Assembly: GCA_029717555.1 (NCBI GenBank)
Contig: JAMDHS010000118.1
Coordinates: 1 to 54,035, forward strand
Direction of reading: 5' to 3'
DNA: 54,035 nucleotides
Source of the DNA: Peribolospora baueri
Taxonomy: Eukaryota
Positions 44,218-54,035 of this stretch are shown here, in pieces. A model generated the notes under the pieces. It was not told where the DNA came from, did not search any database, and saw only the letters and a program-made list of their open reading frames with translations. The position numbers and the translations under genes were made by a program. Position 1 is the first letter of the stretch, and every line of letters starts with the position of its first letter.

Positions 44218-45336
44218 TTTTCATTAAAAACCCCTATATTTTAAGTATGCCTTATATTAAATAATAATATAAGTAAGATAATGTAGATTTCCATTTTAAT
44301 TTTTTTCTATGAATTTTATAGGGTAAGAGAAAACTTTTAAAAACTTTTAAAAACTTCTAATAGCTATTATATTAAATATTACAACGCATGCATAAATTTA
44401 TATTAATTATATTTCTATTAATGAAAGGAGATAAATTATCTAATGAGTTACTTTAAAAAACTTCACACGCGCTTTTTAGACACTCTGATTTCCTTTTCGG
44501 ATCATAAAAAGAAAAACCGGGCGCATTTATAGTAGTATAAATTATAGTAATTATATCTTAATTTGCATTTATATCGCTGCGCGCCGAAATCTAATATATA
44601 TTATTATTTATATAATAACAGATTGTTGGTGTCAATATTAAATTAACTAATTTAATCATGAACACTTTAACAAAAATACAATTTCTAGCTATGGCCAGCC
44701 AAATTTAATAATAATTTAGCAAATTATTATTTATTTGATTATTTATATATATATATATAAAAATATTGTACTTTACATTTTATTCAATTCATTTAATTTT
44801 TCAAAAATCGGTCTATGTAAACTACTATTTATTATTTATTAATGTTTCAATATAATAATATATGATAATTCTATTAATTTATATTAAAGTGTTAGTATAA
44901 TTATAACTAAATAAGGATATAATGAGTAAATAGTATATTCACGCGCTTTTTATACGAAAAGGTATCCTTTTTATGTTAATACCGAAAGAAAAACCTTGTC
45001 ATAAAAATATAATTAGTAAACTATATAAAATTTATAAATAGGTGATACTGTTACTGGTATAGTTGGTGTTTTAGGAACATGTATGTATGTACCTATAGTA
45101 AAAATATAGAGTGTTATATGTGAAAACATTTAAATTAAGTTAGGACGTGTACAGTTACGCGAATATATTTTAATGATCCGACCATTTTATTTATATGAAG
45201 TGTAAGCATAGGTAAACTTTTATCAAAATTCTGATACCCAAATTTAATCTACGACGGCTAATTTATTTAAATAAGACAAAGACAGCTATTTAAAACTTTG
45301 CTTAACAAGGTTTTATAGATAAAATCTTTCGGCGGC

Positions 45337-45386
45337 TAATTTATTTAAATAAGACTGCTCCTGTTTTTATATAAAATAAAAAAGAC
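45337..45386. repeat. dispersed repeat; direct copy at ~48188-48237, inverted partial copies at ~31839, 37808, 37842
   Basis: TAATTTATTTAAATAAGACTGCTCCTGTTTTTATATAAAATAAAAAAGACA. Confidence 0.85.
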
Positions 45387-45687
45387 AGTCACTATAATTT
45401 ATAAATTAGAGGTTATATATATATATATAATCATTAACCAAATGATGGTAGGTAAGCGTTTCGCTTTAAATGTTTATACAAAACATTTTCTTACTCCATT
45501 AAAATTGCATCCGAATTTTTAGATGGCTATAATTATTTTTACTAATAGGAGATAGAAATGATTAAAAGAAATATATTGGGTAGCGTAGCCGGTGTAACTT
45601 TCCTTCTGTGTTATTTTCTTTTTTTTTCTAAGAAAAAAAACTAAAAATCAGGACAAATAATACTATGTTTTTTTTTTAATTAAATAC

Positions 45688-45760
45688 TGCATGTTAGTGT
45701 AATGGTCAGCATAGTAACCTCATGAGTTATTGGACTCGGGTTCGATTCCCGGACATGCGT
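45688..45760 (+). tRNA. trnM: tRNA-Met(CAU), second isoacceptor (possibly the initiator)
   Basis: Acceptor TGCATGT/ACATGCG; loop CTCATGA. Confidence 0.9.
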
Positions 45761-45834
45761 TTGAAATAATTTTATATTAAATAGCGTAAGTTATATTATT
45801 GTAAATAATAAATAAATTTTAAATTCCACGCAAC

Positions 45835-45908
45835 TGAGAGTAGAAGGACTCGAACCTTCGACTTCAAAATTAAAAGTTTCGCACTCTAACCAACTGAGTT
45901 ATACTCCC
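45835..45908 (-). tRNA. trnK: tRNA-Lys(UUU)
   Basis: Minus strand: GGGAGTA...CGAAA-CTTTTAA-TTTTG...TACTCTCA. Confidence 0.92.
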
Positions 45909-46460
45909 TTACCTTTCATAATTATTAAATTATTATCGCTCCTTTATTTTTGTATAACAAAAATTAGTATGGCCAGCTCCGCAGGCCCCCCCCTGATGAA
46001 TCATCGCTTTCTAATATGTAATGTTTAATAGTCATTCATACATTATATTTATTATATATATAATGTCATAATATATTATTATTTGGTTAATAACAATGAT
46101 TTATTTGTCTTTTTATCAAAAATTTGTGTGGCTACGCCTGCCTTATTATTAATTAAATTACAAGATGCTTATCCTTACCTTTTATTTTTAATATATTAAT
46201 ACTTTGTGTGCGGGCTCCGCCACCCGGTTTTTCTTTTTAATCGCTGCGCGCGAAGAAGACTGTCTAAAAAGCGCGTGTAGAGTTTAATAATTATTATGAT
46301 ATTATATCCTGTCTTTTATATAAAGGTATAGGACTAATTAAAATATATTTACGCGCTTTATTTTTTCTTAAAAAATTAGCGACAAAATTAAAGGTATCGT
46401 TTCACTCCAATATAAATGTTATTCAAGTAACTATATATATATAGTTATATATATATAATA

Positions 46461-46546
46461 GGACGGACCGCTATTGGTGAGGCAATGCGATTGCTATTCG
46501 TCTGGGTGAATTAAAGCCCTTAGGAGTTCGACTCTCCTTTCGTCCG
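46461..46546 (+). tRNA. trnS: tRNA-Ser(GCU)
   Basis: Acceptor GGACGGA/TTCGTCC; loop TTGCTAT; long variable arm. Confidence 0.9.
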
Positions 46547-47065
46547 AAATAATTTAAATAAGAAATTTCATTATTAATAATATACGAATTTTAAGAGGAA
46601 CTATAGAAAGAATTTATTACATAAATAAATTAGTGATGTAACCTATTAAATTATACTAAGTTACGTAGAATCCCTATAGGGAAGTTAAAATAGAGGTTCT
46701 CTAAGGATATAATTAATATTAATATATAAAAATCCGATTACAATATATAGGCTATGCATTAAAAAAAAAAACTTCCTTGGAATAGTATTCTTTACTTATT
46801 TCCAAATCAATATAAACTTTTCAATTTAAAGGATTCTTAAATACTAAATTGGAACTATACCTTTTATCTAAATTGTTAGTTATTTAAGCTTTCCAAGGAT
46901 CGAATGTTTAAGTTACAATATATAATAATAATATAATGTTTATTATACTTAAACAATAAGTGTTAACTTATTTTTGATTAAATCAATTTTCCTATACTCG
47001 ATATGTTGGTTAATTTAATACAATCTCAATATCTAATTGTATAAGAATGTTTAATTTTATTATAT

Positions 47066-50000
47066 ATGAGATTACTTAAAACTCATCCCTTATTAAGTAT
47101 TGCAAATAGTTATATGATCGATGCTCCTCAACCAGCTAACATTTCATATATGTGGAATTGGGGTTCTTTATTAGCATTATGTTTAGTAATTCAAATTATT
47201 ACAGGTGTAACATTAGCTATACAAAATGCGTAGCTAACTTATCTAGAAATAGAAAGTCGTCAAAATTCTACTATTTGCTGGAAAAACTCATAAGTAACAA
47301 TACTAATTTATTTAGTAAAAATTTGTTTCTCAGTTAACCAGCAGGAAAATTTAGTTTAAACTAAAAATCCTCAGAGATTATACGTAGAAAGGATATAATC
47401 CTATTATATAATCCAATAAGACAAAAATAATAAAACTCTGAATCTCTTAAGTTCTCTATGGTTTGCTTAAAATTTCTACATATCTTTTTTTAAATTTTAA
47501 GCGCAATATGTTATTTTTTCAACACATTTAGATTTTAGTAATCAAATTGTATACGATTCACTTAACACTTGGTTTATAACCGGAATAACTTTCGCAGAAC
47601 TTAATTTTCTGTTAGTATAACTAAAAATCTTAAACTAATCTTAGTTTGAACCTCCACGATTAAATATTAGTATGCATATCAGAGATTCAAACTTAGTTCA
47701 AGAAATTAAACCTTTTTTGTTTTTCAACACTCTTATTTTATTACATAATAAATAAATAATTCATGCGCATAGTGCACACGAGCTTTTACAAGTTTATTAT
47801 TTTTGTCTTAAAGGCATTATACTCCTAATATAGATTTAGCATTTGTAAGCGTTGAGCACATTATGAGAGATGTAAATTATGGTTGGATGATTCGGTATAT
47901 GCATGCTAATGTTGCTTCATTCTTCTTTATTTTTGTTTATATACATATTGCACGTGGTTTATACTATGGATCATACCGAGCACCACAAACTTTAACATGG
48001 AGTATTGGAGTTATAATTTTAGTTTTAATGATGGCTACAGCTTTCTTGGGTTATGAATATAGCCCAAAATGATTTAAATAATAATAATAGATATATCAAT
48101 TCAATGAAAATAATACAAAAAAGATATTATAGTACTTCAAACTATAAAAATATTTCTAATGAAACACAAAAATTTTTAATAGCTTTGTAATTTATTTAAA
48201 TAAGACTGCTCCTGTTTTTATATAAAATAAAAAAGACATAAAAATTTAAACCCAGTTTTTGTTTATGAAAATCTAAAAGCTCCGACAAAAATATTACACA
48301 TAAAATTAAAAATGAGCTTAAAGATTTAAGTGGTATTTATTTAATTTTCAAGAAAATTACTTGAGATTTTTATATAGGATCGGCTTCGACTGATAAATTT
48401 TATACTAGATTTTATACACATTTAATTAATTCTAGTGGTTTTTTTTGTTTTGTAAGAAAAAAGCGAAAAAAATAAGAAGACTTAAAAAACACAAAAAAAA
48501 TAAGAAGCTTTATCTAATATGAAAAAAAGATCTAATAGTATTATATTATATAATATTGATAATAATACTGTATTTGGTGAATAATCTAGTATAACTGAAG
48601 CAGCTATTAGTATTAATTGTAATATAAAAACTATAAAAAAAGTTTTAAAAACAGAAAAGAAAGTATTATTAAAACGTTGAATTGTGAACTATAAATAAGT
48701 ATTATTTAAATTATAGTCCTACTAGTTTAAATTCTTATGTTAACTTCTAGAAGGAAATAAGATTAAAGTAGAATAACCTGACGGGGTTATTGAAGAAATG
48801 AATTATATATTTCTTTGGCAATGTTAGTGAAAACGATCAAAAGATTATATTATATTATAATAATAGATCGTCGGTTTTCTAGAAGATCGCGACAGACTGG
48901 GTCACTAATGGGTGGCTGAAATGCTGCTTAATGCACAGTCGGAACTTTTAACTATATTACATAGTTAATAAAATATGCGAATTTAAAGCTATTTTAGTTT
49001 ATTTTATAACTCATATGAATTGTTAAATAAATAGTTTGTACGTTTTATTAAATTGCTATCATGAAGGTTTTAAAATTTTGTCTTAATATTTATCTTATTT
49101 TTATACTTGAATTACCTTGATTATATAGATCTTCTTAATTTAAATAATAACCTTTACAATAATGTAAATGGAGATTTAAATAATTTAGATAATCATTTAT
49201 CTAAAGATTCTTGGTTAAATGATAATGAACTAGAATTAGAGTGGTTATGTGGATTTTCTGAGGCAGAGTCTATGTTTTATATTTCTACTAGAGGTCATTT
49301 AATTTTTAGAATTAAATTACATTGAGATGATAAACAAGCCTTAGTTTATATTAAGAATTTATTGAGTGGATTAGTTAATCGTGAAGTAGGTGTTATTATA
49401 GATTATAAAGATAAATCCCAATCTTATTATTCAGTAGATAAGTTCCAAGATATACAAGAAATACTTATACCTATTTTTTCTAAATATTATTTTACTACTT
49501 CTAAGTTTTTAGATTTTCAAGATTTTAAGGCAGCAGCTGAAATTAGAAAAATATCTATTATGGAAAAAAGAAAAGTAACTGAAGAAGAATTAAATAAAAT
49601 ATTAGAATTAAAATCACGTATGAATAAAAAAAGAGTAACATTTAAGCTTAGTGATCTTCCTAAACGTCCTTTAACTCCTTATAGAGTTTTAGGTTTCATA
49701 GAAGGAGATGGTTCATTCTGTTTACCTAATATGGCTCCTAATTTATCGATTAAACAACACTCTAAAAATAAACACTTTTTATATGAAATTGCTCAATTTT
49801 TAATCGATTTACCTTATAACCCAGAAATAGGTCCTGAAATCGATAAATTACAAACTAATCCCACTCCATATGTATCTAAATCTGGTTTAAATTCAAGTAT
49901 GTTAAGTGTTACAAATATATTACAAGTTTATAATTATATTTTACCTTTCTTTAAAACATTATCATTTAAGTCTAGAAAATTGGTAGATTTCGAACTATGA

Positions 50001-52468
50001 GAATTAGCAGTAAAGCTTAAAGCTTTAGGTTATGCAACAACACCTGAAGGTAAGAAATGTTTAATAGAAATATATAAATATATTAATAAACGTTATACAA
50101 CAAGTGTTGAAGTGGCTGAAATACCAAATATAGAAAAAATAAACCTTATATTAAATACACCTCCTGTATTTGATTTAGCTTCAGGATTATCTTATAAAGC
50201 CTTATCAGATATAGCTAAAGTATCAAAGAATGGTCATTCAGGATTTAGTGTAAATGTATATGATAATGGTGTATTAGTAGAGGGATCTCCTTTTCCATCA
50301 TATACTCAAGCAGCTTTAGCTTTAGGTAATATAAACATATCATCAGCAATATCTAAAAAGATAGATACAGACAAGTTATATTTAGAAAGATATAAATTTG
50401 AATCTTCTAAATAACTTAACAATTGGTAGCAAGAATAAACGCGTGCGAACCCTTTTTATTTAAAATAAAATAAATAAGTTTGTATGTTCTTCCCATGGGC
50501 CAAATGTCTCTATGGGGTGATCTAATCTATTTTGCCCCACATTGTTAGACTCAGTAATTATTTTACAATGTAGTACACCGCTAGCTTTTATTCTACCTAA
50601 AGTAAGGGCTATTAATAGAATTTTACACACGATATTGATGTTCTATCAGTAATTATTGGTAGCCTATTAGGTGATGCTAGTGCTGAGAAACATGGTCTAG
50701 GTATTAGAATTTGTTTCCAACAAGAAGATAGTCATGAAGCCTTTATCAGATTTCTACATGCCTTCTTTGCATGTAGAGGTTACTGTAACCCGGAACAACT
50801 TAAACCTTTATATCGAGATTCTTTATCACCTGATTTTTTTTTTTCTAGAAAAAGATTGTAGAAAAACGAACAATATTTAGATTTAAAACCTGGGTATTCA
50901 GTAGCTTTGGTTTTCTCATGATGCATTTTATGTAAATGGTATAAAAGTAGTACCTCAATTCTTAGATCTCTATTTAACACCTCTAGCTCTAGCAGTATGG
51001 ATTATGGATGATGGTGGTATAGTTTCAGCTTTATAAAATTAGCTACTAATTCATTCTCTAAAGGGAATCAGAGTGTGAATATCTAGTATATGTATTATAT
51101 GTTAAATATTTATAAAAGCTATGTACAGTCTGCTGGTGTACCAAAACAGTATGTTATTTATATCTTTAAGGAGTCAATGCCAAAACTAGCCAAACTAGTT
51201 AAATCACATATGCTAAAGAGATGTACTACAAACTAGGTAAATACGCATAGTCTAACAATAGTCCTATCATTTATCTTGGCAATTTATATCAAAAACAAGA
51301 ACAATCCTTTCTTACTATCGTTCTCTCAGGCGAATATTTGTCGCTCCGCTGGCGTAAAAATCCAGAGGAGCCTTACTAGAAGAAGGAATTAGTGATAGAA
51401 TATCTCGACGGAGATATTGGATCTACTGTGAAACATTACAGTAAATCTGGCAATGCTGATGAAAACGGTCAAGTGAATGTTCAATAGCAAGACCGTCGGT
51501 GGGTTATACCATCGCTACAGACTGGGTCATCAGTGGGTACCTGAAATGGTGCTTAATGTACAGTCGGAATTTTCCTATCATACATTATGATAGTATCACT
51601 CTTGAACTTTTGCTATTTATATAGCAAGGGTGATATAAAATTTGGCAACTGTTATTACTAACTTATTAAGTGCTATACCATGGATAGGACAAGATTTCGT
51701 TCAATTTGTCTACCAACTAAAATTTACGGCGGAGCGTTTAATATTATTTATTTCTTTTATATCTTTCAGTGCATGCGTGCTAATTTTAAAATAAGCATAT
51801 GCTTAATAAATTACAAATAAGTTCACGGTATCGACCCAAGTAATATTTAATATTTCTATTACTATTTGGGACACATAGATAAATAAATAGTGTTAATTTT
51901 GTAAAATTATCCCTGGACAATTAAAATTTCTCTATTTGCTGGAATCTTATGTGTTTTTATAAAGTACTTTAAATTCATTTCTTTTTTTTTTGAAAAAAAA
52001 ACAGCGGAGCGATAAAGTGAAAATCTTTATATTTGAAAGAAATCAGCAGGTAATTTACCTCAACGAGTTTACGGGAAACTAGAATACTCAAAATATTCTA
52101 GATAATGAATTCTTATTCGATGCTTATTAATAAGCAAATAATAATAAAGAAACAAAGGGGGAGGTTTCTCAATAAATAACGCTACACTTAATAGATTCTT
52201 CTCATTACATTACTTACTTCCATTCGTTTTAGCTGCTTTAGCAGTTATGCATTTAATAGCTAAAGACGAACATGGTTCAGGTAATCCTTTAGGAGTAAGT
52301 GGAAATACAGATAGATTACCATTCCATCCTTACTTTACATTCAAAGATCTTGTAACTATATTCTTATTCTTCTTAGCATTAAGTGCATTTGTATTCTACA
52401 TGCCTAATGCCTTAGGACATAGTGATAATTATATTCCTGCTAACCCAATGCAAACACCACCTTCGATT
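47066..52468 (+). CDS. cob: apocytochrome b, 5' part (3' end beyond window); exons 47066-47220, 47814-48051, 50483-50518, 51645-51711, 52158-52468
   Basis: MRLLKTHP...TLAM|HYTP...[12 protein letters not shown]...[22 protein letters not shown]...FVW|GGFS...NPMQTPPSI. Junctions fall after spliced nt 155, 393, 429, 496 and 807; the last boundary is the least certain. Confidence 0.95.
47221..47813 (+). mobile_element. cob group I intron 1, ORF-less
   Basis: Guide GTAGCTAA pairs with TTAGCTAT; TTGCTGG / CCAGCAGG / TCAGAGATTAT core. Confidence 0.87.
48052..50482 (+). mobile_element. cob group ID intron 2 (cob393 site) with a degenerate 5' GIY-YIG (~48052-48700) and a 3' LAGLIDADG ORF
   Basis: ID core CGTCGG...CGCGACAGACTGGGTCAC...AATGCACAGTCGG; remnant [22 protein letters not shown]. 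Confidence 0.88.
49107..50414 (+). CDS. double-motif LAGLIDADG endonuclease with a NUMOD1-like tail, continuous if TGA (49323, 49998) is read as Trp
   Basis: Three ORF-track pieces share one frame; motifs [11 protein letters not shown] and [10 protein letters not shown]. Confidence 0.86.
50519..51644 (+). mobile_element. cob group ID intron 3 (cob429 site) with a degenerate LAGLIDADG_2 ORF (~50519-51250)
   Basis: ID core at 51490-51570; fragments [12 protein letters not shown] and [15 protein letters not shown]. Confidence 0.88.
51712..52157 (+). mobile_element. cob group I intron 4, ORF-less
   Basis: Splits codon T|GG; TTGCTGG / TCAGCAGG / TCAACGAGTT / ATGAATTCT core. Confidence 0.84.
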
Positions 52469-53994
52469 AAAGATCTATGCAACGTACTACTACTATCTGG
52501 ACTACCTATGTCACCTACTTCTAAGGTGGAAGTAGAGGAAACAATTGATTCAGACGAGTCTATCGTATCAGGTAGTGATCAAGATTCTTCTATCATTGAG
52601 GCTAACCCAGAGTTAGATAATAACGCTGACAATTCAACAACAGGAACTGTGCGAATTGACAACAAATTTGTTGTAATGACTCTTACACAACTAAAAACTA
52701 GGATGGACGAACAGCTAGTACTTGCATCACAAATGGTTTCATCATGGACTATTGAACTTCACACTACTTTCCAGCAGCTTGTAAACGGTGTTATGCAAGC
52801 TGACGGACACGTTGGAGGTTACTTTACAAATTTAAGTACTATAACTGTAGGCCTCTATGGTACATTAGCCAAAATGCAAGCAACGGTAGTATTCAATTCT
52901 TCGCACTACTATACACAGTGCTAACTAAATTAGGAGCAACTAACCTTTCATTTGCATACTCACTAACACAGTCTGGACATTGGCACATTCGACTATTTAG
53001 TAGAAACTGATTTGATATATTGTCTGTAATTCGACCATACTTCTCATTCATCTACGGATTCAAGTTCACAGCTCTTGCTAAACTAGCCCGAATTAAAGTT
53101 ATCATGGACCAAATTGTATCATTAGATAATACTATCCAAGTGCACAAACTAATGATCGAGACTGTATATCTAGTATATTCATTAAGCCCTGCTTCTAATT
53201 CAGTTCGAGTAGTATCAATGATGCAAAAATTACTAGCTGTTGCTCCACAGGTACTTGTTAACTCATTTGTACCTTCTATTGCTGAAGCATATGCGGATAA
53301 CTCAGCAGCTCTATCTTGGCCATTCATCTTCGGTTTATTCTTAGGTGATGGTAACTTCTACATTAGAATTCGAAGTGGTCTAAACTTCTTTCAATTTATC
53401 CCTTTGGTTAGAATTGTACAGCTTTCTACAGCCTACAATGATAAATTTCTTGCAAATATCATGGATTGGTTCCAATCAATGGAACTGTCAGCCAGAATGG
53501 ACCGAGTAAACCACTTATCTTGGGTATTCATTGAAGGTAAAATTGGTATTATCAACCTATTCAACAACTTCATTAGCCCTCTACGCCCATTCTGGTTCTG
53601 GAGAGCAAGTCAACTTCACGTTATGGAGCAACTTGTTAAATATTTCAACTTTAGCTCTAAAGTGTTCTTACAGGCTCAAATTGCTATGCTTACACTAATT
53701 TACAGGATGCCTAACAAACGAAAATTACCAGTGTACCACTGGATTAGCATTATCACAGCAATTCACCTGAATATTAATAAGCACATTCCTTCTGGGCATG
53801 CATATATTGCACCCTATAACAAAAACGGAGGAGGTTGAGCAGTAACACTACCTAAATCACTGGATATCAAGCCGCGGCAGAAACACTTCAATTTTACTCG
53901 CTATGGTAGCAGTGAAGCAGCACTAGCAGCAGCTATTCAGTATCGAGATACTCAATTTAGTGCTGCACTAAAGAAACAGGGTTTTATTAATTAA
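52469..53994 (+). pseudogene. cob intron 5 ORF: divergent double-motif LAGLIDADG with an AP2-like C-terminus; one frameshift (~52810-52850) and TGA at 53008 and 53836
   Basis: In frame with the cob exon; motifs [10 protein letters not shown] and FGLFLGDGNF; tail KHFNFTRYGSSEAALAAAIQYRD. Confidence 0.8.
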
Positions 53995-54035
53995 TATATA
54001 AAACAAACCTTCTCCTCTCCAGCTCTAGTGCAAGT

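Noticed and set aside
43618..44224. ORF-track ORFs at 43618, 43641 and 44018
   Set aside because: They lie inside the rns rRNA; chance frames.
44300..45680. Possible rnpB, rps3, plasmid-derived polymerase or replication origin in the long AT-rich spacer
   Set aside because: No RNase P P4 motifs or coding signal recognised; only repeats and TA microsatellites.

Overview
AT-rich fungal mitochondrial genome segment, most likely a basidiomycete. Gene order: 3' part of cox1 (7 exons here), atp8, trnV, cox2, trnL, trnM, nad6, nad4, atp6, trnW, rnl, trnP, trnN, trnS, nad2-nad3, trnD, nad4L-nad5, nad1, rns, trnM, trnK, trnS, then the 5' part of cob. About 24 group I introns interrupt these genes. 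Many carry intact or decaying LAGLIDADG or GIY-YIG homing endonuclease genes (HEGs). Short modular hairpin/GC-cluster repeats are scattered throughout. Most notable: a LAGLIDADG ORF with an AP2-like C-terminal domain in the last cob intron; a duplicated nad3 3' end flanking a dead GIY-YIG gene; four group I introns lacking the canonical U-G pair at the 5' splice site; Lys-Asp in place of the conserved Leu201-His202 at the cytochrome b Qi site; and TGA-Trp codons confined to HEGs although the only tRNA-Trp seen has a CCA anticodon. All exon boundaries were inferred by eye from protein/rRNA conservation and group I splicing rules.
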